From Selaginella moellendorffii (lineage: Eukaryota; Plantae; Lycopodiophyta), in contig NW_003314268.1 of the NCBI RefSeq assembly GCF_000143415.4, positions 804,011 through 868,010 on the forward strand: a stretch of DNA of 64,000 nt, given 5' to 3'. Positions 48,901 through 63,160 of this stretch are shown piece by piece. A program made the position numbers and the translations under genes. Position 1 is the stretch's first letter; every line of letters starts with the position of its first letter. Below the pieces are notes generated by a model. That model searched no databases and had not been told where the DNA came from. It was given only the letters and a program-made list of their open reading frames with translations.

Positions 48901-51900
48901 AGATTGCTTCAAGGGAAATCAAATCCAAAAGTTGGAGCGGGAAAACTCGGAGCTGTGGCCAAATATCCAAGCAAGTCGAGCACCACAGTAGCAGGTCACT
49001 AAAGCGTCAAGTCTGAGCTAAAGACCAGTCTCCACACTCTAAGTCGAGGGAAGATCAACGACTGGAATTGAAAGTTTCGGAAGATGGTGGCCGAGATGGA
49101 GAGTCGAAAGCGAGGCTCCAGGTGGAGCAGTCGGCTGGAAGTGCAGCAGAGTCCATCAAACTTCGGCATCTAAACAGGCTAGCCCGCCTCCACACTCTTC
49201 TAAGTCAAGAGAAGATCAATGGATCAAGTTGGGCTACACTCTACAGTGTCTGGAGCAAGGAGGGATCTATCTTATCGGCTTTCCAGTGGACGGAGATGAT
49301 TCAGGAGCGCCTGCTGCGGTAAGGCTGTCCATGATAGTAGCGAGGAACGACGTAAACCAGTGTCAGATGGCTGCAAGATGGCGAGAAGACAATATAGCTG
49401 AAGCTGCTCGTGACTGGGGTTTCGGATGGCTGCAGAGACTATAAGACAGACTACGCTAGACGTTCTCTGTCATCTGGTGGAATGAGGGAAGTGTTCAGAC
49501 AGGAGTTCTTGAAGGAGAAGCCCCAGGGGATAATGGCTGACGGAGTCGAATCCGCTGCACGAGGTGGAGCTCTCGGCGAGAGCACGTGATGGCGGAGTTT
49601 GGAAGCGCAAAGGCGAGGCTGGAGAAGCAAGTAACTGGCAGCTGATGGAGAGGATCACGGGACTCGAGGCGCTGGAGGAGAGAGAGACGTGCCAGATGCA
49701 AAGCAAAGCTTTGGGCGAGGAGCTCTGAAGGATGAAGAAGACAAGCCGAGGAGAACCGATGTGAGAGCAGAGGTTTGACGGATCAGATGGACGCTACATG
49801 CGACAAGAAGGAGCATCTGGCTTCGCAGGAAGCTGTGTTTTTGCATGCTTCCGCTCAAGCTTCTCAGCACGATCAAGGCCTGAAGTGGCGGAAGCATTCC
49901 CTAACTGCCAGAGGTTCTAAGCACGTCGAAGAAACGAGAATGGAAGTTCAAGAAGTAACCAGCTCTCGAGAGTCAAATACAGAACAGAGGTGCAAGCCAA
50001 GTACTGACAGCTCGAGCAGCGCAGGGAAGCAGTAGCAAGCCTCCAAAGCGCCAGAGACCAGTCTCCACACTTCTAAGTCAAGAGAAGATCAACCTCTTCG
50101 AGGAGATATCCTCCCTCGACTCCAAAGTTTCGGAGATATCTTGATCAATCGGGAGATAGCAGATAATTTTGTCAAGATCTGGGCTTCTCAAGCGGAGCTC
50201 GCCGAGACAGTGGCCGAGATCGGAGCAGTCAGCCAGCCGAGTGGAGAAGAGTCCATCAAACGTTGGCGTGAGAACAGCGAGATGAAGGAGAAGATGAGAT
50301 GCCAAGACGGATCAAAGACAAAGCTCTCTAGTTGACGGAAACGGGACGAGAGCTTCAATGCTTTCCAGGATCACTCTTACAAGTGCTTGGATGATAGAAG
50401 ATGATGATGGCAAGATGATCTCAAACTCGAAGAAACTGCTTGTGGCGGCGGAGCCAGAGGTTCGGCTTCACAAAGACTGAAAAACGGCTGATGTTCGCCC
50501 CTGACATGCGGAGACTACAAGAGCTGGAGCGAACTCTAAGACGAAGCAACAGTCATAAAGACAGAAGATCGGACGAGTTTCATGGAACGTGGAAGCTTCA
50601 TGGCCACCTTTACAATCGAGAAATGTGGACTGAGGGTACGTAGAGTCATTCGTTTTTTCCTCTTCCATTCATTTCATCCGTGTTGTTAAACAGAAGAAGC
50701 AAGCTGCAGCGACACACAAATTGTGATGGTAGCTCCTTTAGTATCAGCAACAAATCCTGGTGGAATATCTTCTGAGCTCCAACTTGGTCCAGATCGTTGG
50801 AGGCCGTCTCTTCGAGACTAAATAAATAAAACATCTCAGAGACTACGCTAAGGAGCTGCTTATTCTGGCCAACTTGTGAGTAAATAACCTTGAGAGATTA
50901 TGTTTCTTTTCTATTTGGAAAATAGTCTGACTGCCAACTTGGTCCAGATCATAGGAGGCCGCCAGAAGAATATGTAAATGAGGGTGGAGCAGGACTTGAA
51001 GCAGCGAAAGATAAAACCAACATCAGAGATCATAAGAATCGAGCAAGTGGGAATGGAAAACTGTAAGATGATTTTAAAACTTGGAGAGAAAGGGAGCAGG
51101 CTGAAACAGCTAAGATCGAGCAGCAAAGATTGAGCAGCTTAAAGACGAAAAAATTTCATAAACCAAGCAGGGGCAGCAGGTTGAAAAATCGAAGTTTTAA
51201 GTTCGCCCAGCAGAGTAGGGGCAGCAGCTTCAAAAAGAAAAGTGGAAGCAGCTAAAGAGCAGTGACAAGTTTGATCGAGCAGCAGAATAGTTCAGACTCG
51301 TGATAGTTTTTTTCATATCATTTTCTTTGATTTAGCTGTAAAAACGATGATTTAATGTTCATAATGTTTGAATCTCTGAAAGGTCCGAGATCCGACTTGC
51401 AACAAGATGATACCTAGGGCACGCTAGGGCTTGGCGGCAGGGCCGCTTGGCAAGGCATCCCCGTGAACTTTACCATGTAGGCCGAGTATTTGCAATCTGT
51501 AGACTTGTCTCTAACATCGTGGATCTTCTTGTACGTTTGCAAGGATTCCTGATCAGTTTGTCCCCGTAACTTGATTAGAAAATGGAAAAACAAATCCAGC
51601 TCAGGAAAATAAGATCTTACATAGTTTGCTCCAGAGGCATTACCATCACATAGCATGTAAATTTGAACCGACCCGACCAAATGAACGATCTTCAATCCAC
51701 TGGGAGTTTAGCAACTCCACCTGTGAAATAAAAAGAACGAAACAAGAAAAAACAATGATGAGAGTCATACTATTAACAAAAACCTCCAGTGGTTCTGGGA
51801 AAAAGCAAAATCACATGAGACTAGAAGAATTCCAAAGCCTTTGAAAACGTGCACGTTGATAAAGGACGCTTTGCCTTAAATCTCCTGCTGGACTGTGGGG

Positions 51901-54900
51901 TAACGATGGTGATGGCGAAGGTGTTCGACTTTCTAGGCACCCAGGCACACGACACCACGACACCACGTTAGAGCAAGAACTCAGGAGCTAATATGTACGC
52001 ACCTCCAGTTGTTCCATATGGTATAAAGCCATTTTACTTGGTCTAGAAGGTCATAAGCGGATGAGGAGGGAAAAGGCTTGCCCACCTCCTTCCAGACAGT
52101 CAAAGTTGTTACCATTGTATGGGAAAAAAACTAAATTTCTGCACGTCACCACCAATCAAACTTGTAAGATTGCTGTTCGTGAGCATCAAAGAAAGCTTCA
52201 AATCATGAACGAGAGTCTAAAGGCCATCGCACTTGTAACAATTGGCAAGAGACTTCCCTTCACCTCTGCAATTTCTTGCAGTTTGATAGATAGATCAGCA
52301 TTGCAACATTTTACCAGCCTCCACACACAAGCACTCTTTTAGATACTCTTGTATAGTAGATTCGTTTGGTTATTATAAATAAACGTTCCTACTAAATACT
52401 GATTAAATTGAGAATTGTAATCCAAGTAGAAATTTGATTATTAATTGATTGTTTTTACTCTTTACATTTGGCCTTTGACATTTTGCTTTATTTAGTTATT
52501 ATGTTGCAAGTTTATATTTTTATGGGTTCTTAAAATCTATGAAATCAAGAATGCTAATATTTAAAGCAAATTTTTATGGGTAATAAAGTTTTATTAGTTT
52601 CACTATTTTATGTTTCTTGAGAAAATATTATAATTTAATATATATTTAGTTACACACACACACACACAATATAAAGGTATTCTTAAAGTATAACACCAGA
52701 CTGGTATACAACTACTAAATTTTTTACAATTGTATTACCTGATAATAATATATATTTTATCTAAAAAATATTAAAATAATGATATTTTAAAATTCTCAAT
52801 ATACCAATTAATGTTAAAAACTTTATAGAAATTGTTACAATAAAAGTAATAAAAAGTTTATATTTTAAATAAATAAAAATGGATTTAAAATTAGATTAAA
52901 GATATATATTTTTAATTATTTAATAAATAATAGTATTTAAATAGGATATTTATGTGAAGCAAAAACTCCAACAACACCAACATGAGTGAGTACAAAGAAG
53001 CACTGCTGCCTAAAAATTAAAACTTATTATTTTCCATCACAACACTCACTTACTCAATTATTCTTTACTTTTCCTAAGGCTTTCTTTTGTATTTTCTCTC
53101 CCTCTCCCATAAATATTATTATTGTCCTTTGATCCTTTATGGCAATAAATAAAATATTAAACACATACCATCTACAAGATCTCTTCTATTTATGAGGTCT
53201 ATAGGCAAAACTTTAAAGCTATAGTTGAAGTATGAAGAACAAAGAAGCTATTAAAAACACAAGGGCTTTGATTTTCTTACTGTCCCAAACATTTCAATCA
53301 GCAATGTTAATCTAATTTTTCTTTGATCCCTTGGGCTGTAATCTTTGGTCCTAACACCTAGGTGAATTTGGTGAATTGGCTAGAAGAAAGTCATAAACTT
53401 AAAAATCACATACTTCTATTATACACTCTTGACAACCATGAGGAATTGAGTGCTCTTAAATTTTAGAGAAAACCCCCTGAGGGACTAGTGAGTTCAACCA
53501 ACTTTATTATAAGGGCACTTCTAAATACCAATAGACTAGTGAGTCTGGCCAGCTTGACTAGAAGAACTTGACAAAGATGCTAGAATTTCAAGAACACTAG
53601 GTTATTTTGGCAATATAAAGTCCTTGCAAGGATATTAATTTGTTTCTTCTCAACAACAATCTTTCTAGATGTGTCCAAAGTTCCAATCAAGAGGATTTCC
53701 TAATATTCTTAGTGTATTTTTTTGTATTAAAAGTCCAAGTAGAACTTCATATTCACCAAATTCCAAAATTTCACAATTAGCATAATTATGCCTAATTAGC
53801 ATCATTCTATCATGTACATTGGGCATATATTGTAAAATATCATAAATGTGGCTTCATGTATCAAAAAATACTTGTTAACCAGTACTTTTGGACACTCTCT
53901 CTTCTGCCATAAAGGTCGATATAGTTGGACCACTTTATTATTGTCCCCTCTTATGCTAGTGGAGTTAATTGGACATCTTAAGTGTACTTAAACTAAACAA
54001 ATATAAGGATTGAATTTTTTATATATTATTAGCTAAATGTGTTGTATGTTGCACTAGCTAATGATAAGAACACTCATGTGTTGAGTCTAGTTCCTCAATA
54101 ATGCTTTATGATAGCTTATTGTGTCCACCAAACAGCCTCACTATCATACCTCATGTATTGGTTCCATTCAGTCTTTTGTGCTATTTATAGTAAGTGGTTA
54201 AATCTGTCTAAAATGCATATCTATGGAATCTAGAGAGTGTCATGAATCCCATGGTGTTGTTCTTACATCCCAATTCACAATTTAGTTCTATTCCATATCT
54301 AGTAAATTTTCAAATCCCATAAACTAGTTCTTGAGATTGGGGTGAAAGCCTAAAAGTATGCATTTTTCTAGGGTGAGGGATGAGGGGTTGTGGGGGGTTC
54401 TAAATGTATAGTAAAGATAGTATTTGGAAGAATTATTGACCATCTAAAATATTAATTTGGCTCCTACTAGGTTGTATTGCTTATGATTTTGTGTCTAGCC
54501 TGGGAATAATCTCAAGTTCCATGTTGCTTTAATCAGTGGGGTATCCACCTTTTTGTTATAGGCCACCAGTATGCCAGAATTGGGGTAAACACCATATGAT
54601 ATTATTTTACATGCAAAAGTTGGATATAGGGAGTTAGTGTTCGTAAAAGATATTAAGTGTGTACCAAATCTTCATTTTGTTGCACAAAGGGTTTGGAGTT
54701 TGATATAAGCCATAAATATATATTTTTTAATTTGCCAACTTACCTTTTTTATTCGACCACCTTTGCTTTGGCATTAGTTAAGTTCCTTTGCCATGGTCCC
54801 CACTTATTATACCATCTTTTACTTGGTTCTACTTGGATTTAGCTTCCTCACTACACAAGTAATGAAGTGTTAGCCATCCATCTACAGATTCATAATATTT

Positions 54901-56664
54901 TTCTTAATCCCTCTCCTCATATGAGTTTGGATTTAAGATTTAATTACAATCCTTATAAGCACAACCAGTTAAACATACCAAGCCTCTAGGTTTTTTATAT
55001 GCTTAGGTATAACAAAACTTAATCACAAAACCTTCTAAATCCCAAGACTTGGATGCATTTGTTGTTTCGAGTGTTGCAATACAAACTTATTGTTGCTTAT
55101 CTTTACGTCACATGTTATAGCTAGAGAGACCACTCTTACTCCCACTTCTACCCTTGCTCCTATTTTTACTTCCGCTTTTACTCCTACTCCCAATCTTACT
55201 ACTATTGTTGCTCCCACTCTTACTCTCACCCCTACTCTCTAGTTGCAGCTATGGGTGTTTTGAGAGATAGGGAGAGGAAATTTTGATTCTCAAAATATTC
55301 CAAATAGTAAAACTCCACAAAGGCTATATCAAAGGTCCTCCCTATTTCCTCTGGCAATTAAATTTGGAATTACGGTTTTGTGAATTTGTATGTGAGGGAT
55401 GGATCCATGGTTAGGGTTGAAAGATGACCTAAAACTTGGTGAACTCAACATGAATAAGCTAGTTTAGTTTTCTTGAAAGAATGGAGAGTTTGTTTTAGGA
55501 AATTGAGAGAAATCTTAAGTTTTAGGGGTTAGATTCATATTCTTAGAGACCCTAGGACCATTAGGGGTTTCAACTTCCATGAATTTAGAGTGTAAGTTTA
55601 AAGATTTTTCTCGCTCTTACATTAATTTTCTACATTACCTCTTTCCACTTGGTTTTCTAGTGATTTCTCATGATTAGTATATTGATTCTGGTTTTTCTTT
55701 CTTTGGGTCGATGCGACTTGGCATCCTCTTTCCAACAAGCTAAAGAGCACCTGGTTTTGTGGAGGATTCAATTGCTAATTTAATGAAATTTTGTCCATCA
55801 CGCTCCTCTGTTTTTCATGGTAAATTTTTCAACACTCTAAGCTTGCAATTTTGGGACTGATTCAAGAATTGTTTTTTCTGGACATGTAAATATAAAGACA
55901 AGCTTTTCGGAGAGTCCTTTCTTGGTAACCAATTCGCTTTAAGCTATGACATGGAGTAGTTTTTCTCTCACGGCGCTTCATATCTCAAATTTGCAAGTTT
56001 CTAGCTTAATCTTGAGGGAATTTGAGGTGTTATTCTCATGGAAATCATTACGGCCATGTTATTACCTTTTACCAATGTTAAAAATGAGTGTTTCTTGTAC
56101 TAGGGAGTGCATTTTCTTTTGTTTTCCTTCTTATTGTCTAGAATTTAATGTTTGAATCAATTTTTTTTTGAGATTTTAGGCATTTTAACTCATGGTTTTG
56201 GTTTCATTTTCTTGGTTTGAGTATAAAATTTTAAACAAGTCCATCCACACCCATTTTTGTGTGTAAAGTCAAGAGATTTCCATGCAAATGTTTTCCTCTT
56301 AGGCATTTTGAGTATTGGAGTTTCATTTTTTCTTTTTTTCCCCCTTTTCTTTGCAATATTTTTTTCTTTTGTCGTGAAAAATTGGCATTTGCAAGAGTGA
56401 GAGTGATTTTATTTGGGAAAATCTACATGAGGATACTCTTTTATTTGGAGTTATCCCATTTAGATACTTTGCTCTCACACAAGTCAAAGTTCTTAGTGCG
56501 TTGTATTTTCCACAACCTGGCATCTACTGCACAGTGGACATTTTATGCTAGTTCACACGTTCCAGTTAGAGATGGCAACTAGCAAACTTCCATACAGTGC
56601 CTAGGGTATGGGGATCAAAAAGAGTAATTTGATAATCGAGCTCTCGTAGAAGGTGTGAAAAATG
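45986..56664. repeat. Segmental duplication copy B (longer, less deleted)
   Basis: Matches 1616-8460. Blocks 51419-52084 and 56615-56664 are inverted relative to copy A. Confidence 0.92.
46495..48249 (+). CDS. Glu/Lys/Gln-rich protein of unknown function, copy B (3 exons)
   Basis: Exons 46495-47386, 47454-47956 and 48022-48249 join in frame through GT-AG introns. Confidence 0.6.
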
Positions 56665-57331
56665 TGAGGAGCTTAAAGCATGCTGCTTACAGTAGGCAGG
56701 GAGACTAAGATGCCCTCTTCGTTCTTGGTACTACTCGCATTGCGATGTTATGATATATAGCATAAAGAGATGTTGGAAGCTTCACTTAGAACTTCGATTT
56801 TGTCAAGCATGTTTAATAGTAACTTCTACCAGACAACATATTTCTTCCATGGCTAGAGATAGATACCAGCAAAAATTGGAGTAGAAAGCGATCGAAGACA
56901 CCCTTTCGTCGAGCTGTGGAAACACTGATGCATGTCAACATAGTTTATGTTGTAGAGGACGGTTATAAGATGGCTGCTATGACTCAAGGGCGCAAGAAGG
57001 TTTCTCCTTTAGCCCCAAATATTGATGGTGAGCAAGATCCAGCTCTAGTTTCTAGAACTTCCCCATCTCTCATGGCATGCAAGTTACCCCATGCTTCGGT
57101 ATTTGCAATGCCACCCACATCCTTGGCCACAACTTCAAATCCAACAATTGGATATTCATCCAACTTTCAATGTGGGGTCTCTCAACTGCCTTCCACTCTT
57201 TCTCAAGTCCCATAAGAAGTTCTTGCTTAGATTGTTGACACTTCAGTCTAGATCACACTTGGTGAGCTTTTGCAATATGTACCTGGTTTTACTCCTTAGC
57301 TAGAGGCTTTGCCAAGTCCATAGGCATCCCC

Positions 57332-57553
57332 ATGGAACATCAGTATAACATCCACATCATCAACACTCAGACCACTTATAATCCCAAAGCATTCTTTGTG
57401 GAGGTCCACATCAGCGATAGATCTTTGACAGTACAAGCATTACTTGATTCTAGATCCCAGAGCAACATCATCTCCCTCAACTTGGCACTTTCTAGTGGCT
57501 TGGAAGTGGTGAGAAACACAACTATCATCCTCAAAATGTTAGCCAATCACTGA
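57332..57553 (+). pseudogene. Retrotransposon aspartic protease remnant
   Basis: FFVEVHI...VQALLDSRSQSNIIS resembles the ALLDSGA.. retropepsin motif. Confidence 0.6.
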
Positions 57554-57665
57554 ATTGTTCCTACAAGCATCTATTGGAATGTCAAGATCTTGGTGCAAGG
57601 AGTGGTTTCCATTCTAAATTTCCTTGTTGTGGACTTCCAACAGCTAGTATTTGGGAAGCTGAAGG

Positions 57666-59395
57666 ACTTCTCGAGCTCGGAGCCAACTTCATTTCTAGTT
57701 TCTTCGACGTGCTTAGAACAGTTTGCTCGTGTTCTCTTCTCAGGTAAACCCAGGGTCTAGTCGTCTTAGAGTTCGCTCCAGCCCGGCCGATCATCTTCTC
57801 GTCATCATGGTTCCGACAAAACAAACACTCATCGTTCACTTCAGCTCTCTACAACAAACACGGAAGTTATGGCCATCTGGAATCTGGAAGGTATATCAAA
57901 CTTACCTGTCTCCCTCTTGAATTCTGCAACAAAATCTCTCCCCGCACGATCATATAGTTCTTTTGCCTCCTTCACGAAGACCACCTCGCCGGACTGAAGC
58001 TTCTTCCACGGTTTCCTCTCACTCGGGATCCTATCCAGCATTTTCTGGAGCCTCATCATCTTCCGCGCTCGCTTGATCCTCTCTCGGTCGCTGGATTTGC
58101 CGTTGAGCTCCTCGTAAAGCTGCTCGGTGAGTCTGATCAGAATCCGGAGCGCACTAACACTCCAAGACTTTTCCTCATACTTCTCCTCTTCTGTTTCCTC
58201 GCGCTTTTCCTCTTCCAAGCTGCGGATCTTCTTCTCGGTTTTTCCCCTCTGGTTTAGCCACCGATTTACCTTGTGGAGAGCTTCGAGATACGCGAACTCA
58301 ACATAGCCCCCTTGGCCATCGCTAAGATGGGTTTCACTCCGCCGTCGGGTGCCGTCGGGAAGAATGTCCTCCGCTGAGGAAGAGAAGCGAACCATCTTCG
58401 GCCTGGAACCTGCAAGTCCAGAAGGCCATCGTGAGTCACAGTAGAAGAAGAATGCGAGAAGCAAAAGGAACCATACCTGGACGACGACCCCCGGCTGGCA
58501 GTAGAATTGGCTTGGGTCGCTGCTCCTCCTGCTTGGGCTTGTCATTCTCCTGCTGCTTCATCTTCTCTTGATCGTCTTCCCGTTCCAGAGGCTTCTTGAT
58601 CGGCTTGATCATCTGCTCCTCCTCTTGTTCCAGCTGCTGCTTCATCGGCTTCATCCGCTGCTCCTCCTCCTGTTCCTGCTCTTGCTTGATCGGCTTGATC
58701 GGCTTGATCGGCTTGATCGGCTTGATCGGCTGATTCGGCTGATTCTTCTCCTCTCGTTCCAGCTGCGGCTGCTCCTTGTGACCTTGCTCCTGTTTCACCT
58801 CGCGCCTGAGTTCCTTCGTCTCATGGGCTTCTTTCTCCTGCTCCTCCTCGCTCAGCTGCTCAGCTTTCTTCTCTTGCTCCTCCTCCTTCAGCTGCTTCTC
58901 GGCTTCCTTTTCCTCCTCTTGTTCCAGCTTCATCGGCTTCATCTGATCGGCTTCTTTCTCCTCCTCGTTCACCTGCTCGGCTGTCTTCTCTTCCTTCAGC
59001 TGCTCCGCTTTCTTCTCTTGATTCTCCTCTTCGTCCTCTTTCTCTTGTTCCGGCTTGATCGGCTTGATCGGCTCCTTGTGCCCTCGCTCCTGTCGTATCG
59101 CTTCTAAGACGATTTTCACCTCGTGCCTGAGTTCCTTCAACTTCAAGGCGGCGGCGTCCATGGCTTCTCCCGAGACGGCCTCACAGACACGATCTTGGAC
59201 CTTCAGCTTCGAGGCCGCCGCGTCCATGGCTTCCGGGTGGACCTTGTTGTCGCCCTTGTGCGCCTTTTTTGGTCGAAAGAGAGACCACAAACCTGTGACG
59301 CATCCACTGCGCTCCTGCTCTGTTCGCGCCATAGCTTGCCCTTTGCAAAATGCCTTTAATGCCCTAACCCTTACTAAATGTATTTCACATTAATG
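57666..59395 (-). repeat. Third, inverted partial copy (C) of the Glu/Lys/Gln-rich gene (start codon at 59332)
   Basis: Reverse complement of ~46432-48203. ORFs 58436-59332 and 57841-58545 match copies A and B. Confidence 0.9.
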
Positions 59396-62160
59396 TATAA
59401 ATTAGTAATTGCCTAGCATTTGCAAACACTTTATAGTTTTTAAAAATTAAGTTGGAATAGTATCAAAATAGCAATTGGTGTGTTTGAGGAAGTAACTACA
59501 AACATGTAGGAAACTATCAGATCCCAGAAGCTATCTATATAACTACAAAATCCCATTACAAACACATAGAATAAACATTATAAAATCAATTACCTCCTAC
59601 AATGCTACAAGACACTTTGGCTGGAAGTGTGCTTATGAATGTCTGGATCTAGCCACATAAAAGTTTGAAAGACAAAGGAAATCGTGAGAGTGTGCTGGTG
59701 GCAATAAAGAGATTGGGGAGCTATGAATCACAGCACTCTAGAAGCAATCCAGCAAGAAAATTGAAGATATGCAAACCTGGCATTTGCAATCCGGTGTCTT
59801 GCACAGTGAAATCATAACCCTAGAGAAGAAGATGCAGCATGAATCACCACTCTCAAGTGAGTCTCCACTGTAGGATACATTTTGATGGCAGAAGTCAGAG
59901 TGCAAAAGGTTGTGTCAATGCTTTAGAATTTGGTCAACATAAACGATTTCTTCTCTAGGCCCATGCAATTGGCAACCTCCCATTAGCTAAAAGTCAACAT
60001 TAACACAATTATTCTCTAAGACATGGTTATAAAATGACTCTTTAGGATTTGACAATCCAAAAAGTCTGGCAACTTCTTATTATTATAGAATTTTTACTGT
60101 GACTTGGTAGCACCCTATAGAAATATAATTTGTTGTGCCTTGCATGTAGCAACATTTGGTCTGCTTAATAGTAGTGTCATTGCTATTTAGTATTATTGAA
60201 CAATCCAATTGATTAATAATATAATTATGTTTATATTTATAAATCAATATTAACTTTATTGAGAATGAATAAGAATATATTAGGAAGTATTTAGGAAATT
60301 TTATAGATTATAAACATGTTTTATAAAAAATAAATAATACTCATTAAATATTAAAATATCGTAGAATATTTAAGTATATTCTAGGTATATCCACCACCAT
60401 AGACAAAATTCTAAGGTGAAATAGAATACCTTACTTTTGTAGCATCACATCTTTGTGGCTTGATACTAGGCTAGCTTGCTAGCCTCTTGAAGGTAAAGTG
60501 CCTTAGGCTCATAAAAATCAGCTCATAGAATACATCCTAAAAGATGTTTACATTTTCTTGTCTCTCAAATATTTAGACTTTGAGTAAAAACCAACTCTAA
60601 AAACCTGTTCCAGCCTGCCTTAAGAATTCTTCCAACTTGAGAGTTCTTGACTTTGGATCAAACTGACTATAGAGCTAGGTACTAGTATATGCTAATGGAG
60701 CTCAAACAACTTTCTAACCTACACTAGCATGAGTTGAGATTGTAGCTGTAGTGATTAAATATTGTTTAACCATTTTTGTAGTGCATGGGATTAGAATATA
60801 CTATCACTGTGAATCTTTAGAATCTTAAGGAATAAATAGGAAAGGATTTGTTATCAAGTAATTATCAAGTAAGGGCTCTTTAATGACTTATAATGCTTTG
60901 ATCTCCAGTAAACATGGTCAACAATATCATGCACCATCTCATGAAACTCCATAAAGAAACTTTATAGAGTCTATTAGAAGTTTGTAGCCCTCAAAAGCTT
61001 AAAGATAAACTTTATTCTTTCTATATCTTCTTTTCCTACTTATTCCATTTTCACAGACTCCCTCAATGATGTTGTTTAAGAAATTTACAAGGTTTTACCA
61101 ACTTCTTCAACTGGATGATGGCTGAAAGATCTAGTGAGAAAATTAAAGTTAATCAAAACTCAGTAGCTAAAACATTTTATCATGTTCTGTTTACCTCACA
61201 TCCCCACTGCTATGGAAGATACAATTCTAACTAGGTAATTTATCTAATGCTTTATTTATTTTAACAAATTCACTAAAATGTAATTACCTTTTAGCTCATG
61301 AGATAACTTCAGGTTTTTTTCCCATATATTGGAGAGTCTTTATGAAATCTATAATCCAGTTGAATTGGCTTTGCCACTTGAGTTCAACCTTGGATTTAGA
61401 CAACTCATGAGACACACTTTTGTCAGTGATAAAACATTGTCAAGGTATGGCATTTTCTTCTGTTTCTTGAGAGTTGGTGAGTTGTGGAGTGGAGAATTGT
61501 CGAGATTCTAGAGAATATTCAAAAGAAGGATATTCTAAGATTTTGTGACAAGAAGAAAGGAAGTTAAGAGAATGACAAGTGGAGCTTGGTGTGAGTTGGA
61601 GAGGCAGAACAATGAATTACAGTGTAGAGCCGATGTGGTGATGTGGCATATTCAAGTGCAGTGACATGCAGAGCAAGCAAGGTTTTCTAGTGAGCAGCAA
61701 GTGAGTACAATATGCCTGCACTGTGGGCAAGAGTTGATTAAGCTGCTAGCCTAAGTCTTAGCTAAATTGTTAGAGGAATAGAAGCTTTTTTTCCTATGCA
61801 GCTCTTGGAGTATGAGTTCAATTGGACTTCTAGTTGTTATGTTTGGTGTGTCAGTCAGGAGCTACGTTCTTGAGCATTGAAGCTGAGCATGGAATGCCAG
61901 ACTTCAGCTGTAAAGTAGTAGCTTGTGCATGCATGGCCAAAGATGACAACAAGAACAAGTAGAAAAATCCATAGAGGATATTCTTAGAAGGGAGAAATCA
62001 GAAAAATAGATAAAAGACAGAGAAACGAGATTTAAGAAGCACCAGCAAAACAATTCAAAGTCTTCTTCAGAAAAAACACCACAAAAGCCGACAGACCGAG
62101 GAGGAAGAGTGGGGACCTTATCAAAGTTCACCACAACACCAACAGCATCAATCAATTATC

Positions 62161-63160
62161 ATGATGGCAGTAGTACCACCACCAGCAATTACTAGCTGGA
62201 TGAAGTATCCCACATATGTGATATATGATGATCCCAAAGAGCATGTCACCATATTTGAGAACGTGAGCAAAGCAAATAGTGAGCAAACTTTGTGGCAGAG
62301 ACTTTTTCTAGCAACATTGAAGGATGTTCCTGCGGAGTGGTATGCAACAATGGTGCAGCTTTCACTGATTGAGATGATTTGAAGACTGCATTTTTAAATG
62401 CTTTTAGCCCTACAGGATTCTATCAACGAGTGAGTGACAAGCTCAGTATGATTACCTTGCTGCCAAGAGAACTATTCAGTAGTATGCAATGAGATTCTGG
62501 CAACTCCTCTCGAAGAAGGATCCAAAACCTGCAAAAGATGATCAGATTTGATATTTTTGGCAAGGCTTACCAGAGAGCACATTCTTCTATGTGTGATGCC
62601 CTGATCTTGACACAACGATCTTGGCATCACGGTTTGAGCAGGCCAAGTTGCCAAGTCATTCTGGACATGTTCAAGCATCATCAGTCTTTGGAGGAATGAC
62701 TACACAGTTTGTAGGCTTGCTAGATCATACAAATCTAGAAGTCTATCCAGGGGGATTACCTAAAATTTTGAATCCAACAAGTGTGATAGCTCTAACTTTG
62801 ATCCCAGTAGTGGCTCAAGTGGCTCCAGTGGCTCCTATGCAATTTCAAGTTCCAGCTCCATCACTAGAGGTGCAAATGAACAAGGTTAAAGAAGATTTAG
62901 TCGAGGCTCTTACAAAGAAGATGGGGGACTTACAAGTTAATTGGATCAAGGGTGTTTAGAATCCTCCCCAGCCAATGCATGATCAATCAAATGTTTGGTG
63001 TGTGGAATGCAAGAATTATGTTCACTACCCAAATGATTGTCCAATCCAGAAAGTGAGAGTAAGTTGTCAATTTTGTGGCCAGACTAACCATGCATCAAAA
63101 AATTGTTTTTATCATCCTATGAAAGCACAAGTACAAGCAGTAACTGTCTATCAGTAGGAA
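62161..63160 (+). pseudogene. Degenerate Gypsy gag with two zinc knuckles
   Basis: DDPKEHVTIFENVSKAN...LFLATLKDVPAEWY; CVECKNYVHYPNDC and CQFCGQTNHASKNC. Broken by stops and frameshifts. Confidence 0.7.
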
